64,000 nt of DNA from Eledone cirrhosa (GCA_964016885.1 OZ024765.1:5890001-5954000); one strand, 5' to 3'; counted from the stretch's first letter, positions 1 to 13,163 are shown. The notes: a model not told the origin generated them from the letters alone. Numbers and translations: made by a program.

Positions 1-192
1 CGACCCCAGTGCGTGACTGGTACTTAATTTTATCGACCCCGTAAGGATGAAAGGCAAAGTTAACCTCGGCGGGATTTGAACTCGGACCATAAAGGGACGT
101 AACTTTTTGCTGCAAACCATGGCGTCCGACCCTCTACCGATACTGCCAAGCCAATAATAACAACAACAACAAAACAAGGGTAGGTAACTCAC

Positions 193-340
193 GCTAAATT
201 ATCTTTGACATTGTGTGGGAAGACATACATATGTCTGAAACTGTCAATGGCTAACACAGGTAAATCATTGGTGCTTTTGCCTAGGTGATGTAATGGATGG
301 GTGAACTTGAGTCCATCAGCCGTCAGGAAATTAACATTAT
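193..340 (-). CDS. ERP44: ERp44 exon 11 (NVNFLTADGLKFTHPLHHLGKSTNDLPVLAIDSFRHMYVFP...); gene continues beyond the left edge
   Basis: HPL..L.K...D.PV.AIDSFRHMY conserved b' motif; canonical sites; 148 nt; no stop codon reached. Confidence 0.96.
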
Positions 341-738
341 CTACAACAACAACAAGTCATCATCATCATCATCATCATATTAGTAGTAAAACAATGCAGA
401 GAATATGCAACAAGATAAAAAATGAAATTTACACACAACCACACACATATACAGCCATCCACACACACACACACACACATACAGAGAGTGACATTCGTTT
501 ATTGTAGATAGACTCCTCCATTACCAAAGGTTTGTGGATAACAGACGACAATAATATAAGTTTGGACCGTTCGTCAGACAGAGATGTTATCTGATAACAT
601 CCAGAAACCTTTGGTAATGGAGTATTTATATACTGTGTTGTTCACTTTTTAATTAAATAGCTCTGTTCTATACATAGAGCACTCTTTTTTCCTTTGATTT
701 TCCTTTGATTTACCTAACATATATAAACATTATATATA

Positions 739-1221
739 CTAGCAGAAAAACCACCCAAAGAGTGGTTTTCTGCTAGCCTGTGTAGTGTGTATATTGATAT
801 TATATGCAGGTATATATACATGTAGATATGATACATCAAATAAAATCGTAATTGACAATATATAATACACAGAAAGTGACCGAAGACTGCGTTACACTGT
901 CTTATTTAATCAGTAACGTAATCCATGATACATTAAAAAGAGACTATTATATATAAACTGCATTAGGAGAAAATTAGTGACAGAAAATTAGTATGTTTAT
1001 TTAAGCGATCGCTAACCGGAAGTGTTGACATTTCAGAAATTTTAAAGAAGTGAATCTTTAAATAAACAAAATATATTTAATCAACAGCCACGAAATTTAG
1101 TAGATAAATTATGTAATATTCATTCATTATTTATTCAAAGTAATTCAACTTATTTTACTAATGGGATAAAAAATTATAAACCGTACGCAGTCCCACGCTC
1201 CTCCCTTTATTATAGTTTAGA
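739..1221 (-). mobile_element. Non-autonomous Helitron-like element
   Basis: On the - strand it starts TC and ends CTAG, with a subterminal hairpin (GCAGAAAACCAC...GTGGTTTTTCTGC), between A and T; near-identical copy at 18246-18726. Confidence 0.7.
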
Positions 1222-1789
1222 TATAGTTCGGAATATCAGAAAACAAAAAACAGACAAACACAGGAGTAAATGTTACAAATATTATTAGTTTCATGCTTAG
1301 TGAGAGTGGGAGGTGTGTGGTTACGACATTTCAGGCATAAGCCCTTCATCAGGAGAGTGGTGGGGGAGTTAGCGAGAAAAAAAAGAGATAAAAATAAAAC
1401 ATGAAGTGGAAAATAAAAAAGTTAAATATATCACTGTAAATGAGGTTGGTGTTAGGAAGGGCATCCAGCTGTAGAAACCAAGCCAGAATCAGTTCCCGTA
1501 TGAGCAAGACATGGTCACCTGACCTGGCATTGCCCACAACAGGACAACCCGTCTAACCCACAAAAGCATGGAAGAATGGATGTAAAACGGTGATGATGGA
1601 CATACACAGTAAAGTGTGGTTGGTGTTAGGAAGATCTTCCAGCCATAGAAATGAACAAAACAATGGTTGTCCGAGTCTGTCTAGACTCAGTACATGACTA
1701 TCTGTCTAACCCATGCAGACATGGACAATAGACATTAAATGGTGCTGATGATGATAATGATGATGATGGCTATGAAGATGATGATGTGT

Positions 1790-2210
1790 ATACCACATTA
1801 CAGTGTGTACGGGGAGGGGTTTGTGTGTACTGGAAGAGGTTTGTGTGTACAGCACAATGTGTACTGGAAGTGGTTTGTGTGTACACTACATTAGTGTGTA
1901 CAACACATTACAGTGTGTACTGGAAGTGGTTTGTGTGTACAACACATTAGTGTGTACTGGAAGAGGTTTGTGTGTACAGCACAATGTGTACTGGAAGTGG
2001 TTTGTGTGTACACTACATTAGTGTGTACAACACATTACAGTGTGTACTGGAAGTGGTTTGTGTGTACAACACATTAGTGTGTACTGGAAGAGGTTTGTGT
2101 GTACAGCACAGTGTGTACTGGAAGTGGTTTGTGTGTACACTACATTAGTGTGTACACCACATTACAGTGTGTACTTGAAGAGGTTTGTGTGTACAGCACA
2201 GTGTGTACAA
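1790..2210. repeat. Minisatellite with 127-bp higher-order period
   Basis: CACTACA recurs at 1884, 2011 and 2138; subunits GTGTGTACTGGAAG(A/T)GGTTT. Confidence 0.85.
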
Positions 2211-2355
2211 TAGATGTTAAATGATGATGATGATGATGAAGGCTTTAACAATGATGGTGACTACGAAGGAATATGTCAAAAGAATACATGATGATGATGA
2301 TGATGATGATGAATGTCGAAAGAAAGAAAGATGAAAAGAAAGAGTTTCTTCTTAC

Positions 2356-2467
2356 TTTTCTCGCTTAATAACTGTTTCGATACTTCTGTAGTGAACTTCT
2401 CAACGATGTCATGGTCATCTGGATGGTGAAATAGTATAAGGAATGGCAGACCCTCCTCAGTCAGTTC
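2356..2467 (-). CDS. ERP44: ERp44 exon 10 (ELTEEGLPFLILFHHPDDHDIVEKFTTEVSKQLLSEK)
   Basis: ELTEEGLPFLILFH is conserved; canonical sites; 112 nt. Confidence 0.97.
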
Positions 2468-3384
2468 CTGAAAACAAATAGGACCTTAGAACAGAGTTTA
2501 CAGAGTTTGCTTTCTGACTGCGTGGTTTTGGGGCTCGCTGCCCTCGACCTCATCCCTGCTGTGCAGCACATGATGATCCCTGCGTAACTGCCTTCTACTA
2601 TAGCCTCAGGGTGGCTAATGCCTTGTCAGTGGTATTTGGCATACAGAAAGCTCATTATGTACGTGTGTGTGTGTGTGCTCCAACATTTGATTTTAATTTT
2701 AAATCTTTAATTTTTAGTTTCTATTAATTCTTTTTAATTTTTTATTTCAATACTCAACATTTGATAAGATGAATTTTAATAATTGTTTCTACTTTTGGCA
2801 CAAGGCCAGCAATTACCCAGTACATTACTGGTACTTTATTTTATCGACCCCGTAAGGATGAAAGGCAAAGTTAACCTTGGCGGGATTTGAACTCAGATCG
2901 TAAAGGGACGTAACTACGCTGGAAAGCAAGTCTGACACTCTACCAATACTGCCATTTCCGAAATCGGTAATACTTTATATACATTATAAAACTTTTTTTT
3001 AAAAGAATTGTCCCTTTCATCTTTTCAATAATGTCATCTTTGACGAATCAAAGAAAGAATAAAAAAAGAAAAACAGACCCTTAAATATATTTTCCGTGCT
3101 ATTTCCAACTTCACCTTTTCTCTATATCCACTGTTTTGTATAGAACCTTATGTCCCTTTTTCTAATATATATATATATATATATATGTGTATGTGTGTAT
3201 GTATATATTTGTGTGTGTGTGTATACATACATACAAATATATATATATATAAACACACATCCCTAAATATATATATTTAGGGATTGTAACGCCCAGATTG
3301 AACCTTGAGCTAATCAATCGCAAAATGCGAGTCCCACCTCAATAAACGTAATGAAGATCTAACAAGTTTATATATTTGTATGTA

Positions 3385-3782
3385 TGGAGGCACATGGCTT
3401 AGTGGTTAGAGCATTGGCCTTGCAATCAAAAGGTTGAGTTCAATTCTCAGACCGGGTGATGTGTTGTTTCCTTGAGCAAGACACTTTATTTCACATTGCC
3501 CCAGTTTACTCGGCTGTAAAAATGAGATGATAGGGACTGGGGTCCCTATCATTCCACTGCAAAGTGGTCATGGAGGTGCCATGGCAAAAAAGCACCCAAC
3601 CCACTCTGTAAAGTGGACGTGGAGGTGCCACGGAAAAAAAAAAAGCACCCAGCACTCACTGTAAATGAGGTTGGTGTTAGGAAGGGCATCCAGCTGTAGA
3701 AATCAAGCCAGAATCAGTTCCCGTCCCACCCTTGCAAGCAGGGAAATGCGGATTTAAAATGATGATGATAATGATGATGATA
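3385..3782 (+). mobile_element. tRNA-derived CORE-type SINE with RTE-like tail; other copies at 8073-8417, 9974-10320, 41804-42145 (+) and 19325-19671, 62195-62567 (-)
   Basis: A box TGGCTTAGTGG, B box GAGTTCAATTC, CCTTGAGCAAGACACTT core-like block, (ATG)n tail; multiple highly similar copies. Confidence 0.85.
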
Positions 3783-3884
3783 AAAGAATACAAGACTAAC
3801 TCCCTTCAAGGCAATGCCCCAGTGCCCTAGCATGGCCAGAAAATAAGAGAAGCAAAAGAATAAAAGAGTGTGGGCTTGACTAAC

Positions 3885-4001
3885 CTCAGCATTTTCAAAA
3901 GTGATCTCTCGTACAAGAGGGACACATTTATCAAATATCCACTGCTGTAAGTGGTCGTAGTTGGTGATGACCCCAGTGAAAATTTTATCCTGTCTGTGTG
4001 T
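3885..4001 (-). CDS. ERP44: ERp44 exon 9 (THRQDKIFTGVITNYDHLQQWIFDKCVPLVREITFENAE)
   Basis: DKCVPLVREITFEN is highly conserved in ERp44; 117 nt. Confidence 0.97.
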
Positions 4002-4804
4002 CTGAAGAGAAAGAAGAACAGAAAAATGTGAAACAAAGAAACGAGAACCTGTTGAACTTCGGTCAATTCTGGCAACGAGGGTTCTGGAACAACCAACTCA
4101 GGGAATTAACCATTAACATGCTGTCAGCGACACAGGGCACCATAAGAGTAATCTCCCATTAATAAATAATGTAGTGTTAAGGGAAATAACTCATAGAAAT
4201 TACTAGCGTGTTAAAGATTAACATGCAAGTGCCTGGGCATTCCACTACAGATATGTGTACCTTTAACGTAATTCTCAGGGAGATTCAGTGTGACTACCTA
4301 CCTTTGTATTACAATCTTGTATTATATTCGAATTTTGGGCAGAGGAAAGTCAATTACATCAATCCCAGTACATTACTGGTACTTTATTTTATTGACCCCG
4401 TAAACTTGAAAGAGAAAGCTAACCTCAGCAGGATTTGAACCCAGAATATAAAGGGACGTAACTCAATGCCGCAAAGCATGTTCGATGCTCTACCGATTAC
4501 TGCCATTCCAGCGCTAGTTTTTAATAATGGTTCTTGATTTAGGCAGAAGGCCAGCAATTTGGGGTGAGAGGGGAAGTCATAAAATTGACCCTAGTGCATT
4601 ACTGGTACTTTATTTTATCGACCCTGTAAGGATGAAAGGCAAATTTAACCTCGGCGGGATTTGAACTCAACAACAACGATAACAACAACAATTGTTTCTG
4701 ATTTAGGCACAAGGCCAGCAATTTGAAGGGAAGGGGAAAGTTGATTAAACCAACCCCAGTACATTACTGGTACTTTATTTTATCAACACCGTAAGGATGA
4801 AAGT

Positions 4805-6333
4805 GAAGGCGTATGGCTTAGTGGTTAGAGCATTGGGCTTGCAATCGGAAGGTTGTGAGTTCAATTCTCAGACCGGGTGATGTGTTGTTTCCTTGAGCAA
4901 GACACTTTATTTCACATTGCTCCAGTTTACTCAGCTGCAGAAACGAGTTGTATTGGCCATTGCTTTTCTCTTGGACAACACCATATATAGTGTATATATT
5001 TATTATATCGTGTATATATAGAGTATAGAGTGTATATATTTATTATATAGTGTATATATAGAGTATAGAGTGTATATATTTATTATATAGTGTATATATA
5101 TATAGAGTATAGAGTGTATATATTTATTATATAGTGTATATATAGAGAGTATAGAGTGCATATATTTATTATATAGTGTATATATAGAGAATAGAGTGTA
5201 TATATTTATTATATAGTGTATATATATATAGAGTATAGAGTGCATATATTTATTATATAGTGTATATATATAGAGTATAGAGTGCATATATTTATTATAT
5301 AGTGTATATATATAGAGTATAGAGTGCATATATTTATTATATAGTGTATATATATATAGAGTATAGAGTGCATATATTTATTATATAGTGTATATATATA
5401 GAGTATAGAGTGTATATATTTATTATATAGTGTATATATATAGAGTATAGAGTGCATATATTTATTATATAGTGTATATATAGAGAGTATAGAGTGTATA
5501 TATTTATTATATAGTGTATATATATAGAGTATAGAGTGCATATATTTATTATATAGTGTATATATATAGAGTATAGAGTGCATATATTTATTATATAGTG
5601 TATATATATAGAGTATAGAGTGCATATATTTATTATATAGTGTATATATATAGAGTATAGAGTGCATATATTTATTACATAGTGTATATATATAGAGTAT
5701 AGAGTGTATATATTTATTATATAGTGTATATATATAGAGTATAGAGTGCATATATTTATTATATAGTGTATATATAGAGAATAGAGTGAATATATTTATT
5801 ATATAGTGTATATATTTATTATAGAGTGTATATATTGAGTATAGAGGGTGTATATATAGAGTATATATATTGAGTATAGAGCGCATATATTGAGCATAGA
5901 GGGTGTATATAGAGAGTATATAGTGTATATACAGAGTATAGAGAGTATATATATATAGAGAGAGAGAATAGAGGGTGTATATATTGAGTATACAGGGTGT
6001 ATATATAGAGTATAGAGTGTATATATTGAGTATATAGTGTATATATTAAGTATATAGTGTATATATTAAGTATATAGTGTATATATTGAGTATATAGTGT
6101 ATATATTTAGTATAGAGGGTGTATATAGAGAGTAAGTTGAGATGTCACTGGTGCCAAGCTGTATCAGCCATTGCCTTTCCCTTGGACAACATCAGTGGCA
6201 TGGAGAGGGGGGAGACTGGTATACATGGGTGACTGCTGGTCTTCCACAAACAACCTTGCCCGGACTTGTGTCTCAGAGGGGAACTTTCTAGGGGCAAATC
6301 CCATGGTCATTCGTGACCAAAGGGGGTCTTTAC
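4805..6333 (+). mobile_element. tRNA-derived SINE (same head, different tail) interrupted by a ~1.15 kb 42-bp minisatellite and nested in another SINE
   Basis: Head at 4805-4950, tail at 6135-6333; flanking direct repeat AAGGATGAAAG derives from the host SINE. Confidence 0.7.
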
Positions 6334-6444
6334 AAGGATGAAAGGCAAAGCTAACCTTGGTGGGATTTGAACTAAAACATAACAATAATAATGATAATGA
6401 TAATAATAATTACATTTGGTGGTCTGAAGGCAATAGTGTCTGCT

Positions 6445-7007
6445 GGGGACATGATAAGATAGGAAAGGTGATTCACTGGCATTTATTGCAAACTAAACAA
6501 TTTCTACATTCTGAGAAGTAGTATGAGCATAAGCTAGAGTCAGGGATAGAAAACAATCAAGTGAAGGTGGGGTGGGATTTCAGGATACAGACGAACAGGA
6601 AATTAGAACACAATAGGTCTGACCTGGTGGTTTTTGACAAGGAATAAAGATTGTGCCTGATTGTAGATGTAGTCTGCCCCTTTGACACGAGAGTGCAAGA
6701 GAAGGAGAGGGAGAAAATTAACCGATACCAGGATTTAAAGTGGGAGTTAAAAAGGATTTGGGACTGTCATGAGATCAAGGTCATCCCGATTGTCATAGGA
6801 GCATTAGGTACTATCTCAAAAACTTTTCAAGGATGGTTAAAGAAGATTAGTCCAGCCCCATTTTTTGGATCACTTCAAAAGGCATGCTTGCTGGGAACAG
6901 CAAGTACCCTCCGATACGTCCTGAATATCTGAGGTTGCAGGTAGTGGCTTGATATTTATTTCAACAAACTTTCCAGTTAAATAACATCAATGACTGAGAC
7001 TCAAAGA
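6445..7007 (+). mobile_element. 5'-truncated R4/Dong-like non-LTR retrotransposon (restriction-like endonuclease end), decayed
   Basis: HD.IGKVIHW...WDFRIQT...DLVV...IVDVVCP...EREKINRYQDL...PIVIGALG with in-frame stops; ends in (TAA)n. Confidence 0.8.
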
Positions 7008-7033
7008 ATAATAATGATAATAATAATAATTAC

Positions 7034-7091
7034 ATTTGGCGGTCTGAAGGCAATAATGTCTGCTCCATTTCTCTCTGATTCAGCGATGGCC
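7034..7091 (-). CDS. ERP44: ERp44 exon 8 (AIAESERNGADIIAFRPPN)
   Basis: ttttcag acceptor and gtaatt donor; 58 nt; restores frame between exons 7 and 9. Confidence 0.9.
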
Positions 7092-8921
7092 CTGAAAATA
7101 ATTATAATTATTTCATAACTGTGTATATCATCATCATCATTGTCATTTAACATCTACTTTCCCAGCTAGCAGGTCTTCAGACTGTGGCTGTACTCAAGTG
7201 GGGTTTACTAAACCTCCCAGACAGGCTAGGGGTTTGCATCTTGCTTACATATATTTCCACATTCTACCAAGTGTATATTCTCATGACACCAACACTGGGG
7301 AAGTTGTCATGTCTTTGACACAACTGAAGGGTCCTCCCAACCCTTTTGGTGTATGGGGTGTGTGGGGAGGGTCATGTTATAATATTGCCAGAAATACATA
7401 ATAAAACGCACTCACTATTTGGTTTGGGTTGGTTTTCGCTTCAGTATATTTTATATCCCTATAGTTAATTGAGCAGGAAATCAACGTCTATCATTGATTG
7501 ACCAACAGTTAAAAATATAGATATAAATATATACAATAAATGGAAACTATATTTATTCTATTATATATATTTCAAGGGTACCAAAAACTTTGGTACACTT
7601 TCATCAGCTAAAATACATAGTGTGTTTTATAAATTTTGACATAACCAAGGAACATACCTTAACGGTTGAAGTTTTCCTTGCATAGTATGGTTTATAAATA
7701 TAGTTTCCATTTATTTAATATCATTGAATATTATACTCCAGAAAACCTGTTGAGTGCTCTGAATCAGTTATAAACATTTATATTTGTTGAATTGCCAACA
7801 AATTGAATATCCCTTCTGCTGATATAAATATATATATATATATATACTACCAAAATTAGAATAAAGATGCCATGTCTGAGAATATCAGAAGCATATACCA
7901 TACCACCTGTAGTATATATAGAAAGGAGATTATTCATTATTGTAAGGTATCTATCTATATTCAAGGTTCTCGTTAATTTTTAATATGTTACCTCCGTAAC
8001 TATAAGTGTTAACACTCTTTATAAATTATTCCCTGTAATTGTTTGGTGTGTTTATTTTATATATATATATATGGAGGCACATGGCTTAGTGGTTAGAGCA
8101 TTGGGCTTGCAATCGAAAGGTTGTGAGTTCAATTCTCGGACTGGGTGATGTATTGTTTCCTTGAGCAAGACACTTTATTTCACATTGCTCCAGTTTACTC
8201 AGCTGTAGAAATGAGATGATAGGGACTGGGGTCTATATCATTCCACTGCAAAGTGGTCGTGGAGGTGCCACGGCAAAAAAGCACCCAGCACTCACTGTAA
8301 ATGAGGTTGGTGTTAGGAAGGGCATCCAGCTGTAGAAATCAAGCCAGAATCACTTCCCATCCCACCCTTGCAAGCAGGGAAAAGCGAACGTAAAATGATG
8401 ATGATGATGATGATGATAGTCTCTCAGAATTACTTGTGACATCATCAGTGATACTATTGTTTCCTCCATTACTATATATATATATAGTATACTATACAAT
8501 GCTCCAGCTTGTACCATTTATACAGGTTGTTGAGTGCTTCATTTTATCTGCATCACGGCTGACTGACCATAACGTGGTCTGGACATCCCTGGTCGGTTAG
8601 CTTTATTTCACATTGCTCCTTCTGCCAGGAGTTGCAACTGGTAGATTGTATCAGCAATGGAAACATTGTTTCCTTGGTCCAATCTGACAAGTTCCACCCC
8701 ACTCGATACATTTACACAAACACACACACACACAGCGTAGCTAATGAAACGCCAGCTGCTGTTTGGCTATAGTTTTTTCACCATCCCCTTCCTTCTTTTT
8801 ACACACACACACATTCACACAAACACACACAAGGACTGACAGATGGAAGTCGCTCAAATTTACATATAGCTATATCTATGCGTGGGTAAGAGTGTAGTGG
8901 TGCCCTAATAATTAAACTTAC

Positions 8922-9037
8922 CCGAAAGCAGCAGAGAAGGGGCAGTCATCTCTTAGTTGGCTGGCTACCCTCATGTAGGTCCTGTAACCCTCAGATTCTT
9001 TGTTCAGAAAATAGCCAACTATGTTTCTTTTCTTCGG
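8922..9037 (-). CDS. ERP44: ERp44 exon 7 (PKKRNIVGYFLNKESEGYRTYMRVASQLRDDCPFSAAFG)
   Basis: Manual translation resembles the ERp44 b domain; canonical sites; 116 nt. Confidence 0.95.
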
Positions 9038-9556
9038 CTGACAAAACACAAATATAGACATAGATGACAATCTTTAAACTACCAACCATAAGAACAACAT
9101 ACTGTGCATGTTTGTGTGTGTGTATATATATATATATATAGGTTATGTTGGTGCCGCGCCATCGAGGCCGAAACAAATGAGATCGTGTAGGTGTCACGAC
9201 AAAAAAACACACAGTCCACGCTGTAATGTGGCCGTGTAGGCAACACGGTAAAAACCTCCCAGACCCACACTGTAAATGTGGTTGGTGTTAGGAAGGGCAT
9301 CCAACTGTAGAAAACCTGCCAGACAGTCCTATGCGAGCAAGACAATCACTCTTGCCTCAAGTGGGACTACCCCCGTCCAAACCCATGCAAGCGTGGAACA
9401 CGGACGTTAAACGTTGATGATGATGATGATGATGATGTGTGTGTATATATATATATATATGTGTGTATGAAAAAGGTAAACAGAAATAACAACACAATCG
9501 GTACAGTATATGGAAAGTATATATTAAGTTAACGTTTGATATAGCAGGAAGAGGGG

Positions 9557-9590
9557 CTTAACGTTTCGGATGCTAGTCCTTCATCAGAAG
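9557..9590 (-). ncRNA. Minimal hammerhead ribozyme motif (third, partly degenerate copy)
   Basis: Reverse complement CTT-CTGATGA-A-GGACTAGCATCC-GAAACGTT-AAG; one stem II mismatch and a shorter stem I. Confidence 0.55.
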
Positions 9591-10530
9591 AACGAATGAG
9601 AAATAAAATAGATTAAGGGGACGGGCGGGATGGAATTGGAAAAAATGTCTTTAGATAAAAATAACAGGTCCATTCATGTTGTAGAATGGAGCTGGCGGAG
9701 AAAAGATTTGAGATTGGGCATATTGAAGGTACTAGGGTGGGTGTGAAGAAGATTGTAGTAGAGGAAAAGTGGTAGAGAGATACACACAAACACACATAGC
9801 ATATTGTTCTTATATATATATATCATCATTATCATCATCATTTCATTTTACGTCCGCTTTTTCCCTGCTTGCAAGGGTGGGATGGGAACTGATTCTGGCT
9901 TGATTTCTACAGCTGGATGCGCTTCCTAACACCAACCTCATTTACAGTAATATATATATATATATATTTATATGGAGGCACATGGCTTAGTGGTTAGAGC
10001 ATTGGCCTTGCAATCAAAAGGTTGTGAGTTCAATTCTCAGACAGGGTGATGTGTTGTTTCCTTGAGCAAGACACTTTATTTCACATTGGTCCAGTTTACT
10101 CAGCTGTAGAAATGAGATGATAGGGACTGGGGTCCCTATCATTCCACTGCAAAGTGGTTGTGGAGGCGCCACGGCAAAAAAGCACCCACCACTCACTGTA
10201 TATGAGGTTGGTGTTAGGAAGGGCATCCAGCTGTAGAAATCAAGCCGGAACCAGTTCCCGTCCCACCTTTGCAAGCAGGGAAAAGCGGACGTAAAATGAA
10301 ATGATTGATGATGAATGATGATTGTTATACTTTGGTAGGGTCATGTTGCTAATAAAAACACATGCACCTGTTGGTTTTCACTTCAATTTATTATAAATTT
10401 TCGGTTGGTTGGTTCGATAGCCGGATGGTTGTTTATTTATCTATAAAACCAACAGGTGTGTGTGTTTTTATTGGCAGCATGACCTTCCCAAAGTATAACA
10501 AAATATATATACACATACATATATATAAAA

Positions 10531-10572
<42 letters not shown>

Positions 10573-11802
10573 ATATATATATATACCTAAAATCTTTACT
10601 TATGACAAACTTGGCATTTAAACCGACCATATCTGGCTAGAACTCTCTCACCTCTTTCTGTTCAAACCAGCCATAACTGGCCACTCATACTGATGTTAAG
10701 GTATTGTTCTCAAAATAAATAACACCAAAATCTCATAGATTTGATATTATATGAGATAAATATGTAAGGTAAAGCCTTTACTGTGAAAATACAATAGTAT
10801 ATATAGAGTAATGTAAATGTTATGTGAGATATTATGTGAGGTAAAGCCTTTACTGTGAAAATACAATAGTATATATAGAGTAATGTAAATGTTATGTGAG
10901 ATATTATGTGAGGTAAAGCCTTTACTGTGAAAATACAATAGTATATATAGAGTAATGTAAATGTTATGTGAGATATTATGTGAGGTAAAGCCTTTACTGT
11001 GAAAATACAATAGTATATATAGAGTAATGTAAATGTTATGTGAGATATTATGTGAGGTAAAGCCTTTACTGTGAAAATACAATAGTATATATAGAGTAAT
11101 GTAAATGCTAAAGGGTTAAATTCCCGTTTGTATGATTGTTCATATATCTAGTAATCTTGGTATATATATATGACATACCAAACGTCAATAATCAACATAA
11201 ACTATAGGGTTTCTCTTATGCAAGCCATAAATTGATCAAACCACAAATTTCCCAGACATTTTGCATAAGGTGTTGCACTGTGGGACTGACACTAGAACCA
11301 TAAGGTTGCTCAGAGAAGCCATTAACTACACAGGCATATTTACATTTTGGGTTGATGCAAAATTAATGACTGATTGTATTTTTTATTAACACTAGCATTT
11401 AAACCGGCCACAATTCTCTCACCTTTTTCTGTTTAAACCAGCTGGAACCAGCTGCTCATACTGATGTTAAAGTATTGTTCTCAAAATAAATAATATCAAA
11501 TTTCATAGATTTAATATTATGTGAGCTAATTATGTGAGGTAAAGCCATTACCATGAAAATAAAATAGTGAATATAATGTAATGTAAAATGCTAAAGGGTT
11601 AATACAATTAACAACTGTTGTTAATTATTAATTTTTTTTTCAGAATAATAATCCTTCTATAACAATCATCATCATCATCATTTAACATCCATTTTCCACA
11701 CTTGCATGGGTTAGACAGGTTGTCACGTTATGAGACAAGTTAGTCGTTAATTTTGCATCAAGCTACTCGTAATATTTCTTCTCTGTTTTGTTAAATACTT
11801 AC

Positions 11803-11987
11803 ATCCAGCTCATCAAGCTCCTCTTGGGTCTTCACCTCATGGATGGGGTCCCTGAGCTGCTCCCGGATGTAATCCGCCAAAGCATCCACGGATCTCTGGC
11901 CGCGATATTCCTTCTTCACTGCTTGACCATTCCGGAAAAGTTTCAATGTAGGGTATTTACTTATGTGATATGATGTTGATACACTGG
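11803..11987 (-). CDS. ERP44: ERp44 exon 6 (SVSTSYHISKYPTLKLFRNGQAVKKEYRGQRSVDALADYIREQLRDPI...)
   Basis: SKYPTLKLFRNG...EYRGQRS matches ERp44; tag/GTAAG boundaries; 185 nt. Confidence 0.97.
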
Positions 11988-12500
11988 CTATAATAGAGAG
12001 ACAAACAGACAGATGTAATGACACTGGCTATAACAGACAGACAGATGTGATGACACTGGCTATAATAGACAGACAGATGTAATGACACTGGCTATAACAG
12101 ACAAACAGATGTAATGACACTGGCTATAACAGACAGACATGTAATGACACTGGCTATAACAGACAGACAGATGTGATGACACTGGCTATAACAGACAGAC
12201 AGATGTAATGATACTGGCTATAGCAGACAGACAGATGTAATGACACTGGCTATAACAGACAGACAGATGTAATGACACTGGCTATAACAGACAGACAGAT
12301 GTAATGATACTGGCTATAACAGACAGACAGATGTGATGACACTGGCTATAATAGACAGACAGATGTAATGACACTGGCTATAATAGACAGACAGATGTAA
12401 TGACACTGGCTATAATAGAGAGACAGATGTAATGACATTGGCTATAACAGACAGACAGATGTAATGACACTGGCTATAATAGAGAGACAGATGTAATGAC
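11983..12500. repeat. 32-bp minisatellite that includes the ERp44 exon 6 acceptor
   Basis: About 16 copies of ACTGGCTATAA(C/T)AGACAGACAGATGTAATGAC. Confidence 0.95.
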
Positions 12501-13163
12501 CCTCCCATATCCATATATATCTAAACATATACATATATAGCTACATACCTAAACACACAACGACCCATGTATGTTGGTACTATATTAGTTCCAACAACGA
12601 GTATTCCAACAGGTTGCTTGTGTAATTAACATTTAAGTGCCCGAGCATTCCAGAGACATGTGCACTATTAGCATAGTTCTTAGGGAGATTCAGTATGACA
12701 CAGTGTGTGGCAAGGCTGGTCCTTTGAATTACAGGTACAATCCATCTTGTATTATAGTGTAGGTGGCTGAGCATTCCATAGGCATGTATCGTTAATGTAA
12801 TTCTCAGGGAGATTCAGCAAGACATTGAGCGACATGGCTGGCCCTTTAAATTACAGGTACACTCCATCTTGTATTACAGTGTTAGCGGCTGAGTATACCA
12901 CAAACGTGTACCCTCAAGGTAGTTCTCAGGGAGATTCGGTGTGATGCAGTGTGTGGAACAAAGACTGGCCATTTGAATGGAACTGGAGCCAAGTGAAATA
13001 AAGTGTCTTGCTTGAGAGCACAACATACCAGCAGGAATCGAACCGCTGACCTTACTGCTGTCAGCCAAACACCCTAACCACTAAACTACAGGCCTTCGCA
13101 GTAACAACAACAGCAACAATTATGAAATTGAGAGGAATTATATAAAGACAGGGTGTCACTTAC

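Noticed and set aside
3385-3460. tRNA genes at SINE heads
   Set aside because: A and B boxes are present, but they continue into SINE bodies in multiple dispersed copies and lack a proper acceptor stem.
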